Positions 28,385-40,620 of a stretch of 64,000 bases of DNA are shown in pieces. The notes below the pieces were generated by a model. That model searched no databases and was not told the origin of the DNA. It saw nothing but the letters and a program-made list of their open reading frames with translations. Origin of the DNA: Sphagnum compactum. Lineage: Eukaryota. The position numbers were made by a program, and so were the translations under genes. The stretch covers positions 22,186,213-22,250,212 of the forward strand of contig OZ234493.1 of the NCBI GenBank assembly GCA_965153455.1. Direction: 5' to 3'. Each line of letters begins with the position of its first letter. Positions within the stretch are counted from its first letter, which is position 1.

Positions 28385-29278
28385 TATGACATGCCCCCAA
28401 AGGCTTGCCACAAGGTATTAAGGTAAACTTTTTAACATAATGCATTGTGAAAGACTTCAAAGCCTTGGGTGCACTCCCTAATTCCTCACATTTGAGAGTT
28501 ACATAGACATGCAAGATGTCCAAAATGGGTCGAGGATAAGCTCCTCATGTTGAACTATCCAAAATGTGAAAATAAAGCAATTTGTGCATTTGGAATGGAA
28601 TTGGGTTGCAAACTTTCCATGGACTTTTCATCAAGTAATTTAAAATCACATGACCTAAATTAGGGAAGAATCATTGTTATTTTTCTTCTAATATATTTTG
28701 TGATTGTCTCTAGAAGTTACATTGATTTAGGAATAACTAAAACTCAGGAATCTCAAAATGGATTCCCAAAATTGGAACATGTAGCATTTTAAAAGTTTGA
28801 AATCTTTTAATTCTCTCTAAATATGTCTATTTTGAGCATGGGATCATGCTATTTTGTGGCACTTGTCAAGAGCTTTCTAATGTTATATTGGCACATTTTC
28901 ATCATAGGCTATCTAACTTTTATTTTTGAGGTTTTAGTGATTAAAGGTCAAACTTTCAATCACTTTTTCCACTGTATTTCCTAGCTCACAACTTTAAATG
29001 AAGAACGTGAGTTTACTTTCAATATTGACACTTCAAAACCTTTTCAAAAGTATATTGACATGTGAATCAAATTAACTACTTACATCTTTGTTGCAAAAAT
29101 TTGGAGCATTTTGAGCTTCAACCCCCAAAGTTATTCCCATCTAGGAATGCTTGGAATTCATCTCATTTGCAATCTTCCACATTTGTGGGAATATGCTTAA
29201 TTCTCAAGACACTCTTTTGATTATCATTCTTTTTTGTGCCCTAGCCTTGGTTGTGAACCCAAAGCTAAGGTTTCAACA
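28385..29278 (-). mobile_element. Possible decayed solo-LTR-like repeat
   Basis: On the minus strand it starts tgttgaaaccttagctttgggttcacaaccaagg, and a related end occurs at ~29850-29890. The left boundary and TSD are not resolved. Confidence 0.3.
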
Positions 29279-30334
29279 AGTTATAGTTTTTTCATTTTTT
29301 TTGAAAATTTTTAAATGGGATTCTCAAAATTATCAAGTATAAATCCTTTCATTTTGAAGGTTCATAACTTTCTTGTTCATATCCAAATTGAAAGCTGTCA
29401 CAAAAATACCTGTATCCTTTGAAAAAAAAATTAAAATCTAATTGTTAAGCTTTGCAATTTGTATTGATTTGACCTTTCAAATTGTTGATTATGTAATGAT
29501 GATTTATTTAAATAGTTTCATTCTTGACCCTTGAAATTATCATAATTTTTTTTAAACAAAAAACTCCATGGGAAAAAGGGGGGAGGGGGGCGTTGTGACC
29601 AATTCAATTGTATTACTTTAAAGATCTTTTCAATGACATTAAAAAGACCAAATTTGGACAATGTTTGATCCCCCCTCTCCCCACCCAAATTAAAATATCC
29701 AACTACTTCCAACTATTGAAACGAGAGTGCATTTTGAATCTTGGTAATTTCCCATCTTGCACTCCGTCATACTTCCTTTTCATCAAAGAAGTGTTCTTGA
29801 GTTCTTGCCTTGCCTTCAACTATTCCTCATCCGTTTCCCTTATTTTGCCCTAACATTGATCGTGAGCCCAAGGTTAATAGGATCACAACAACCACACATT
29901 TAGACTCTCCAACTTTATGGTGAGATTTGCATCCCAAGACCAATTTCCATTAATTTACAAAACTAGGGAAAATCACATAATAGATAATCAAAGCCAATAT
30001 TAAAATTCTTTAGACTTGGAGAATAGTCCTATACCTTAAAAATATGCTATAACTACATTAATGCAACAGAAGACAATCACATTTAATTATGTTTGCTAAG
30101 TTTAGGTTTTTTATAAAGCTTTTGTTTGAAGTTAAAAGAAAAATCAAAATCTAGACAGGCAAAGCAACACCCAACTCACATTTGGTTTATTTTACTAGTG
30201 TTGGGTGGGTGTACCTGCTTTGGCAATTCTAACTTAACTGAAACCAGGCAGGTTCTTCACAAAAAAGGTGAAGGATCACCTGACATTGTTTGTTACCTTG
30301 TATTGGCAATTGAGCCTGAACTAAGGTTTGGGAA

Positions 30335-30670
30335 TTTTAGGGTTTAATGTTTAAGATTTTGGGTTTGTCTGTTTCTTGTCCTCGGTGTAAGGTATTGAGT
30401 TTTTAGGGTTTAAGGTTTAAAGTTTTTTCTAATTTGTTTTTTATTTTGGCCTTTGTTGTTGGTTTTGCTGGAATGAAGTTTGTAAGGTGTTGAGTTTTTA
30501 GGGTTTAAGGTTTAGGGTTCTTTTTTAATCTGTTTTCTTTTTTTTTTTTTTTTTTTTTTGGGGCCTTTGTTGTTGGTTTTGTTGTAATAAAGTTTGAGAT
30601 TTTTAAGGTTTTAAGGTTTTAAGATTTTTTCTTTGTCTGTTTCTGGCCCTTGTTGTCGGTTTTGTTGTAC
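30335..30670. repeat. Degenerate ~95-115-bp tandem repeat containing telomere-like TTTAGGG variants
   Basis: About three copies of gagtttttagggtttaaggttt...ggcctttgttgttggttttg. Confidence 0.65.
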
Positions 30671-32753
30671 GAGAAGTCAGATCATAAAAATTGCATGAAT
30701 GGGATCATTTAGAAATGCAACTTTGGAGAAAGGGGAGGGACAAGACATGTTACTTCGCAGACATCATGTATGGCAGGTAAACCTGATAACTTAACACAGA
30801 CGAAAAATAAACAATTTTATTATAACAAACAACAAGGGCATCACAAACACGCTGGCCCTGGCAATAAATAATATAATATATTGTACAATAGGACACAATT
30901 TTTGGCTGGTATGTGGCAGGTGCAAACATACCAGTGTGGGGGGCAGGTTTTTTTTTTAATAAATAATTTTTTAATTTTTTAATTTTAATTTTAAAATAAT
31001 AGTCAAGTCCAGTTTTCACCCCCAAAAAAAATAATTACTTGAAAATTTTCAAATTTTTTAAGTATCACACTAATCTTTAATTTTAAGAAACTTAATAGAG
31101 CGGATATGAGGTGGGGTCGGGGGTTTGGAGATTGTTGTAACTGGGTATAATATGCCATGGTTATAATTTGGCAAAGTCCCATGTACATATATCACCCAAT
31201 AATTTGAGGTTCTTTGACAATTATCAATGCGAGTATATTTAGCTCAAGTCAAGTCCTTACCATGCATGCACTCGTGGTGTGAGGGCTCGTATTTCCTCAG
31301 GTCATTCCCAGTGGGGTCGGTTCTGTGAAACCAGTGCCTGCGCCAATCTATGTGCATACCAGCATTCAATCCCCGTCCCCTCTCAACACTGGTCACAACC
31401 AGTTTTGTCCAGTTATCAACTTTTAGACTTAACCTGTGAATACCAATAAAGAACATTTATTTTTTTGTTTTTTTAACAAGGAAATGTATGTATTCAAAAA
31501 AAAAAAAATCAATTTACTAAAGCAGCCAGTTGCAAACTCAATTTTATTTTCTTTTTTTGGGGTTATAAATAGGTTGAATTTTAATTTTTGAAACACAACG
31601 GATTTGCACAAACGTTATGCATACCCAAAATTTTTACTTTTTTTTTGCTTAGTAAAAAAAATTTCAAGTGTACAACCTAGGTTCCCATATCAAAAAAATA
31701 AATAATAATAATAATAATAATAATAAAAATGGTGAGCTTGAGTTGAAGAGTTGAAACTTGGAAACAAAACACAAACGCCACACTCAAAATGCTCGAGTTC
31801 AACAAACTTAAATAATTAATAAGTCTTGAAACCCCATCTCTTCCTTCCTACCCCTCAAGTCATGACAATCCCAACAATGCCCCTCCCCGGCTACTTAGGG
31901 GGCAATTCATAGACTTCTTAAGGGGATGTGACACTCACAAATAGGTAGGGTGTTCTTAGGAAGAAGGGCTATTAGTCCAGGCCAAAAATAGTGGCACCCA
32001 ATATTAGGAATAGAATTTCCATGCAACCAATGAGCAGGCTTCAAAAGGCTTAGTTTTTTTTCTTTTGGTTTTATTTGCGGGAGGGGGACGGGGGTAAGAT
32101 TTTTTTGGTTTTGGCACTGTTCTCATCATGTTCCCAAATTTGTTCCCCAAGTTCTAAATATGTTCCCTATGACCGTTCCCAATAGCACTTCATTTTTTAT
32201 CCCGTATTGTTTGGCCGAGGTTCAACTTCCATATAATATTATTTACAGACAAAACAATTATCTGCTTTGTGGAGGGAAAGCATATTTATTTATGCTTCTA
32301 TGTTGGGTGAGTATCTCATGTTTTGAAAATTATTGGCTCACTAGTTTATAATAGTTGCACACTTTGTCAAAATCACACTTGGACACATTCACCAACTTGT
32401 TTTGTTTCAGCCTGTCCCTTTGAAGAATCCAAATATCAACACCGAACCGCAGTCTCCCAATTCTGCAATGCTTTTCTTTGCTGCGCACATCACTTTTGAT
32501 ATAAATTTTGGCTTTGTAGATTGTACATGGATTACTTGAGATTCACACAGAGTGTTTGTTTGTTGTTGGTACTCGCAAGGTACAGGAAGTGAGACATGAC
32601 AGAGGAATAATCCAACACTTTTTGTGTTCATAACAAAAAGCTGCTTTTCTTTAGTGTAAGATAGTGTAAGGTAGGTGAAACCCAACTGTCAGTATTCAAA
32701 TTGTGGTGATTGCAAAATGCAACTGTACCTGCTGCAAAGTGTGTACACACAAA

Positions 32754-32795
32754 TGTGTGTGTGTGTGTGTCTCTGTGTGAGAGAGAGAGAGAGAG
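32754..32795. repeat. Compound (TG)n/(GA)n microsatellite
   Basis: Read directly from the sequence. Confidence 0.85.
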
Positions 32796-32902
32796 TTCAG
32801 AGAGAAACATTGCTGCGGAGTCTGTTACCTACTGAATAGATTTGGTTGTGAAAAAAATGCACTCAAAAAAAAATTGTGATCCAAATTCATCATCCACTAT
32901 CA

Positions 32903-33178
32903 TTGAACATGAAGCTAATATGGTGGGGTAAAGTTTGCACTGAATAGATTGAACATGAAGCTAATATGGTGGGGTAAAGTTTGCACTGAATAGATTGAAC
33001 ATGAAGCTAATATGGTGGGGTTAAGTTTGCACTGAATAGATTGAACATGAAGCTGATATGGTGGGGTTAAGTTTGCACTGAATAGATTGAACATGAAGCT
33101 GATATGGTGGGGTTAAGTTTGCACTGAATAGATTGAACATGAAGCTGATATGGTGGGGTAAAGTTTGCACTGAATAGA
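32903..33178. repeat. 46-bp tandem repeat, 6 near-identical copies
   Basis: Unit ttgaacatgaagct(a/g)atatggtggggt(a/t)aagtttgcactgaataga, starting at 32903, 32949, 32995, 33041, 33087 and 33133. Confidence 0.97.
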
Positions 33179-35199
33179 TTTCCTTGTGAAAAAACTTGCG
33201 GTTTAAAAATTGTGACCCAAGAAGCTTGAAGCTTTAGTCGATTATCATTCAACATGAAAGCTAATTCGGTTGGTAAAAAAGTTTTGCACTTGCTGAGATC
33301 CCTTCTTCTTTTTTTGTCAGGTACTACTATTTGAAAAGAGAATTAGGGTTGTCGTGAAATGGATGGATGAATGGATGGTCTGTGGACAGGCAAACAAATT
33401 TTCATTGTATCCCTCTCCCATCGCCCAACCATGGTGATTAGGTGTGTAATTATCAGATGTCCACGTATGTCTAGCTAACCAATAGCCACCTAAGTGCCTT
33501 CCCTACTTTCCAACCTACATACTAAAAACTTACACTCTTTACCTACTTACCTACCTATCTACATAAGTACTAACAACTTACATTCTTTACTTACTTACCT
33601 ATGCTAGTTGCCTACTTACCTTGGTCAATTAGGTAGTGTGAGGGAGAAGTAGGAATGGTTTACACAATAGGTTACGAACTTGGAATCGATAGGTTCGGGT
33701 GGTAACCCAATTTATGGTACCTAGGTTGTGGTTCTCCACAACTAAGTCATAATGGGTCTCCAATAGATGGTGCACTTGTGGGTGCTGGGTCACATAATTC
33801 GATGGATTTGCATAAGTTTTGTGAATATTTGGGAGGAGCAATTGTGGTTGGTAACATCTTGATTAAAAAGGATAATGAGACTTGAGATGAACTTGTGTAT
33901 TTTGCTCCTTCGACCTTTGCATGGTGAACTATCTAATAAAGTCTCCACCACTTGAGTTTGACGATACAAGCCTACACCAAAGGGATGTCCATTGTCCAAC
34001 CCTTGGGCTTGCTGTGCATAAGTTAAAATATTCTCCTCATAAATTAGATATCTCACCATGTATCCAAGGTGAAAAAGTTTCATTATGATTTTTTAAATTA
34101 TTTTAAAAAGAACACTCAATTCATGTATATAATCAAGGCACTATTAAAATGGTTGTAAAAAGTTTTACACAAAGTCAAATTTTTCAAAGAACATCAATGT
34201 TTACAATTCTTTGAAATTATTAAAAATCTTAAATCTTTAACTAAATGTTGATCGCAAAACCAACATGAATACTTTGGTTGTGAACATCGTCTAATAAAAA
34301 TGAACGTGTACACATATGAATATAATGAATAAGATGATCAAAAAGTGGGTTGCTCTCATTAAAAACCATGCAAAACCAAATACAAAGTTCCATTTTATGC
34401 TTTGAAGGTAACCAATTATGTCCCATTTTTATTTTTTTTAAATCCAAAAATTAATTGCCCCATGAGGGACCAAATATAGCTTTGACAAGAGTTATACATG
34501 AGGAATGTGTTAATGTGTTAATAAACTCAGTGTTAATCAAATATACATTCTTTTACTAGCATTCTTTGTGAAATGTTTGATTAGCACAAAGGTTGAAGTG
34601 CAAGAAAGGTAAGATAGTATAATAGATGATCATTACACTTGGATTATGGCACAAGTTGGTTGAAGGTTGGTAAATGTGCGAGTGAATAGGAAAACAAACA
34701 CTATTGCAAAACAATAGTTTGTGATTTTGATTTCCACTTGGTAGTCACAATCCAACAAACAAAGAGATAAATGTAGTAAGCTCTAAGAGGAGCCTAGCTA
34801 CTAGCTACTTTAGAAGGAAAACTACACATTAGAGTTAAACAATAAAAGCATTAATGAAATCCATGTATAATTTCCATGTCTAGCAGTGATTCTAGTGTGT
34901 AATGTTTTCATATTTTGGGCATGACACTAATTTGGTGCATGGCCATGACATGACTTTATTGCAATTGTACATCACCTTACAACCTTGGCATAATGAACAT
35001 GGTGTTACTTAGAAATGAGTTTGAACTCATTGGCAATATTTCAAAGGTAATGATATATAATTATCATATTTCTCATTGAAAACATTGACGATTAGGTAAG
35101 CATTAGAGTTATTATTATAAAAAATGTAACCTTGTCTCATGACATGTTTTGTTTATGTTTCATGCAACATTTTATTACATTATTGCTAGTGGGATCTAG

Positions 35200-36300
35200 A
35201 CCATTGTAATCTTTCACATGTTGACAACTTCTTGTTTAAGGATATGTTCAACCCTTGTTGGTGTACATGAAGTCATGACAATGGTAAATTCTATTTCATG
35301 TGAAAATGCATGGTGTAGACAATATTACTTTGTCTGAACCAAAGTATGTTCAATGCAAAGATATCGATGTTTAGGAAAAGGTGCAAATCAAAACATTAAA
35401 GCAAGGTACATGCCATGTTGGATTTAAATATGCTTAAAGGATATCCATGGAAACTAAAATTGTTACAAAATTTAAACACCACACACTAGACCTAGTATAT
35501 TCTACATGGAGGGCAGTGTTGCAATTTTATTAGGGTTCCATGCAATTGATCAATGTGGAATGGAATGGAATGGTCCTTCAATGTAATGGTTGGAAACAAA
35601 TGACACACCTTGAGAAGGTCTTGTGTTCATCCCCACATGACAAGTGGTTGATTTCAAAGTGATAATGAAGCCAACAATGTTAGGAATTTTTATTGTATTG
35701 TGTTATTTATGATTATTATTATGTAAAAAACACATTGTCTACACCAATGTGACATGCTATATGCGCCACTTATCACTCTCACTTTTGAATTTTCTTGGTT
35801 CATCCTTTACACTACAATTTTTGTAAAAAATTCAATTAACTTCTTAAAATACCTTTACAATTTTTTTACATGTGTATTGCTAATGAATATATCAACCTCC
35901 TCCTTTGAAAAAAAGATTCTAGTGTTATTTAACATGAAATATGTCAAAGATCTATCAATAATTCATGTATTAAAATCCCCATTTATCTTATGTGCTTTTC
36001 ATAAATATCATGTAGATATCATTATTATTGGTCTTGACTTTTTGATTATGACATGTTTCATTATTTCATTTCAATGGCAACTTGATGAAAAGTTCAACAA
36101 CATTGTTTTCATTGTTTCAAAATGGTTCAATAAATTTATTTTTTTCATTATTTCCATTGCTTTCATGATGAGTATAATAAAGCAACTTAATGATCATGAA
36201 TTATATGCAACTCATAGGTCAAGGAAATGTGTTTAGTTGTCCACATCCTTAAAACCATGTAGTTCACGATTTCTTGATTTTCCATGGTTCAAAGTACAAA
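35200..36300 (-). mobile_element. Probable Mutator-like (MULE/SWIM) transposase relic
   Basis: Heavily decayed minus-strand reading with a SWIM-like CT(F)...YLC..H segment at ~35330-35390 and MULE-like flanking peptides. Recognised by eye only. Confidence 0.35.
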
Positions 36301-39300
36301 CCCTTTAACAAATCACTTGTATAATAAAATTTCAAAACCTTTGGTGTGAAGTTCACTATTATGAGGTTTTGAAATTTTATTATACCTCATAACGTTGAAC
36401 TTCACACTAGAGGCTTTTCACCTACCTTTTCAACCTATGATGATGACAAGGTAAGAAGGCATGCATGCAGTGCAAGTAAAATTGTGTCATGTCCATGTGT
36501 TAAAACATTGTCTATTGCAAAATGCAAAAGAAAACATAGTTGCCTTTGAAACACTAAAACATTAAATGTTCAAGTTATGGCAAGGATTTCACTAAAACCT
36601 TTCCGTTTTGAGACTAGGTCTAAGTTTTTAAATTGTTGATTCCTTGAGCCAATGGTTATAGACTTTATGATATCTATTGGTTTTGGGTCCAACGCAAGGC
36701 CAATTTGAAACCTTTATGTGAAAGGATTCCACATTTGGGTTATGGGATAGTTTTGGGTTTTAGATTTTTTTTATAAAACATTGAAGTTGCAATTATTTTG
36801 AGTTGTTTTTTGAATTTTTGACATTAAAGAATAAAGTTATATTTTCATATCTCACTAACCCATTATTTGTAATATCCCCACTCAAATAGTCAAAATGTTT
36901 ATGTTCAAACATTAATCCAAATATTCTAGGGTAATTTTCACTATTTTGCTAGCTACCCCTCCAAGAAAAATACTATAAAATGCACAAGTTTGATCTATTA
37001 CCTAGAGCTTCATTTCCAAAAAAAAATTCAAAATCATGTAGATCCCAACAACTCCCCTAATATATTTGGATGACATCTTATTATATTTGTGAAGATTTGT
37101 CCTAGGAAAGAAGAGGGATCTTACACCTATTCCTTAAAAGTGAAAGGGAAATTATATGTAAGGTAAAACCCTAGAGGTTAAGGATTCCCAAAATAAGGGG
37201 CTTAAGACAATTTACATTTTGTTAATTTTGACCACCATCAGGTTTTTCCCATCTTAAACTACAAGGTGACCATTATTATACATTTGAACATAAATAATTC
37301 ACAAGTCTTAAGAAATAATGTTATTAAATTTATTTTCCAAATTGGTCAAACCCTTTCCTCATACTTTTAAGGCCATTTTAAACAAGGGTCCAAGGTGTAA
37401 GGTCTAATGAAATTGAATGTTTTTATTGCTCAAAAGCTTTACATTGGTCCCAAGGCCTTTAGACAAGGGCCTAAGACTAAGACAAATCAAATTTTGATTT
37501 AGCTTACATGGCGTCATTTTGGAGGGAAAATCAATTGGTCCGAACCCCCAAAAAAGCTTAAAGGAAGCTCATAGTTTGGAGAACCAAAGTGTCAACTAAA
37601 ATCCAAGGTTGTTCATTTATTTTATTTTTGTTCTTTTCATTTTATTTTTCACCTATGTTGTTCAAATTATGTGAAAATGGAAGATGTGTCTATGGATTGA
37701 AGACATTGTTGAGAGCACATCAATTGCCCCATTTTTTGATTAATTCTAGATTTAATATGGTTGATTTTGTGAATTGTTATAAGGTGGTTGATAGAGAGAG
37801 TGCATTTTCAGCCTTTCCAAAAGCACAAAATGGAATGAAAATAAAATTTAAAAAACCATGAAAGAACGAAAGAAGAGAAGAGAAAAGACCAAAGGTTAAC
37901 CTAATCTTCTCACATGTCAATCACATTTTTGATATTGGACCTTCGAATTGGACCCCAAGCCTTTAGACACACTCGTTGTACCTTAAGAAAAAAGTTTTTT
38001 TTTTAATGTGAAGAAGGGTCCAATTCAAGGTTCAATTTGCTTCGAATTGGTCTTTGGGCTTTTAGTCCCTGAATTATTATTGAAAATGGCCCTTAGTTGG
38101 GAGCATTGGTTTCAAAATTTGACACACATGGGTTTAATTGTCACATCATTGAATAGGGTTTCACCTTTCTAATGGGAGTTTTTTAATGTTTCTACTTACC
38201 TATTATAAAAGGTTTTGTGAATTGTCCAACATGATAAGAAGTTTCAAGCAATTATGTGCAACAATAATGTGAAAATTAGTGAGAAGATTTGTCGCCCAAT
38301 GTTTTTGTAAACACAAATTAAATCAAATGATGGGAATGTCATTCCTCTTCACAATCCCAAACTATTCAAAAAATTAGTTTGCCTTAAAGAAGGATGAACA
38401 TCAATATTTTCTTAAAACTTATCTTGGATGGCCAACTTTGATCATCGGTTACTCATTCACCTCAACTTTTTTTAATACTTTTCTTTTTTTTGTTGCTTGA
38501 CTCATATGCATGCCTTTTATCCATCAAAATTTTTTTACAATAAATGTAACACAAAATCTTGGTCCAAGTCTCCAAAAAAACCAATATATAATTAATGTAG
38601 AATATGCATCAATCCTTTTTTTGTTAAAAGTATAAGAAATATAGCATATGTACGAATGATTTAAATCATTAGTGGTCTACGAGGTTGAATTAATATGTTA
38701 ATAAGTGACTAATAATCAAACATGGAAGAACATATAAAGTGAAATGGAAAAAAATGAAGTGACAAATTGTTCCACACCATTGCAACAATCCAATAACCAC
38801 ACCATATATTGACTTTTTTACAACCCTAACTTGTTAATTTGAATGTGTATGATGTGTGGCAACAAGATCTTGTGGATGAATTGTTTCTTTTCACCAATAT
38901 TAACCACTAGTTTTTATTCAAAGTAAGGTCCCAACCTAAATTCAAGCATTTGTCTTTTTTCTTGCATTTAATGGTTGCAAATAACAATGAATGATACTTG
39001 TGAACACAATATGAAAGGGAAATAAGACACCATATGCAGTTGAAGATACAACCATTTTAATTTACCTTTTGTTTTGAACCTTTAGAACTTGAATGTGTGT
39101 TGTTTTTTGTTCTTCCAAGCCCATTCTACTATTGTTGGGATGAAAGGAAAACATGTTTGGTCATTATTAACAAGGGTAATTGGAACATTGTAAGCCTTTA
39201 GTAAGTTATTTAACGTCCTTTTAGTGATTTTATCGTTTAGGGAATTTTTTTTAATATCCATTAACGTTTTCATGACATTGCTCAATATCCCTTGCATTTC

Positions 39301-39799
39301 TTTGGTGATACCTAATGTCCTTCAATGTTTCTTCAACATTGCCCAATGTTCCCATTGTCCATTGACATCCTCCCATTGCTTGAAAAATGTATTCTTAATT
39401 TCATTTGGTGTTTTTTCAATGTTGCTTAACACCCCTAGCATCTCCTCATCATTGTCAAATGTCCCTCAATGTTTTCCCAACATCCCCAATGTCATCCATT
39501 GCTTGAAATAATAGTTCCCAATGTCGTTTAATGCTTTGTTTATGTTACTTGACAACCCCCAACATTGCCCAATGTCCCCTAATGTTCCTTTGGTGTTGCT
39601 TGACACCCCCATTGTCCCTTATTGTCTTCTTGACATCCTTTCATTGTTTCAAAAAATAACAAAAAACTTTCCAATGTTCTTTCGTGTCTTCCTACTGTTC
39701 ATACCATCCTCTGGTGTCCTTTGAGCATGGAAGTGATATCTCCAAATTTAAAAATGACTAGAAATGCTCTATTCGGGACATCCCCCCAAAAAAGGATGT

Positions 39800-40620
39800 T
39801 AGCAACCTTGCTTGGTGATGAATCTTGATGAATTTGATTTGGAACTCTTCTTTTTGTAAAATAACATGTGCTAGGAAATTATTAAAGTGATTAGAAGTTT
39901 CCTCTCGCTTTTGAAAACATTTTAACCACATAACGTTCACAACATGCTTGCCATTATGTTGGATCTTCGTTTCAAATCTTTGTGTTGTGAAGATAAAATT
40001 ATGTGGGGTTTGGGGAGGCAGTCTCTTTTTCTTTTGAATATGTCGATGTGAGAGTGGTGATTCCTCTTCTTATACATGACTTGCTTTGATCAACCAAATC
40101 CTATTGCCCAATCATGTGCAACACTTTGTTGATGGACCTATTGCCTAATTTGAAATATATATATATATATATAATATGTTTGATGTTGAATCATGATCCA
40201 TTTAGGAAGTCCTCTAATATTCTTATTGTTGGAGAATTTTTTTAATTTATGGGGTTATTTATTTTCCCCATTTGCACAATCCCCTTTTTTAATGGTGGTC
40301 AAATGAAATATTTTAATTTCCAAATGTTGGTTTCTTGTCCAAGGAGATCATTGGGATTCAAAGATCCCAAATTGAGACTAAACATGCATTTATCCTTTTT
40401 GTTGTGTTAACAACCTTACGATATTGCCACCTACAAGTGGAAAATTTAGAATGACTAATCATGGTGGTAAAAAGTTCTCTTAATGATCTATGGTTGATCA
40501 ATTGCACACCAATTGTAAATCTCAAGGATTATATGAAAATTGAATATGCTTTAGTTGAAAAAATTTCCAATTTGATTGAAGAAATTATGTTTTTGAACAA
40601 TTACAAGTTGATAGCAATGA
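39800..40620 (+). mobile_element. hAT transposase C-terminal relic (dimerisation domain)
   Basis: HNMLAIMLDLRFKSL (~39940; LDPRFK motif) and PNVGFLSKEIIGIQRSQIETKHAF...LTTLRYCHLQVENLE*LIMVVK (~40320-40475). Confidence 0.8.

Noticed and set aside
32903..33178. CRISPR-like 46-bp repeats and ORF 33067-33255
   Set aside because: Head-to-tail copies without spacers; the ORF is a by-product of the repeat.
35754..36236. 160-aa membrane-protein-like ORF
   Set aside because: T-rich antisense reading of a probable transposase relic.
39082..39724. Cys/Pro-rich ORFs
   Set aside because: Translations of a dispersed transposon-internal repeat also seen at ~21580-21950 and ~6360-6600.
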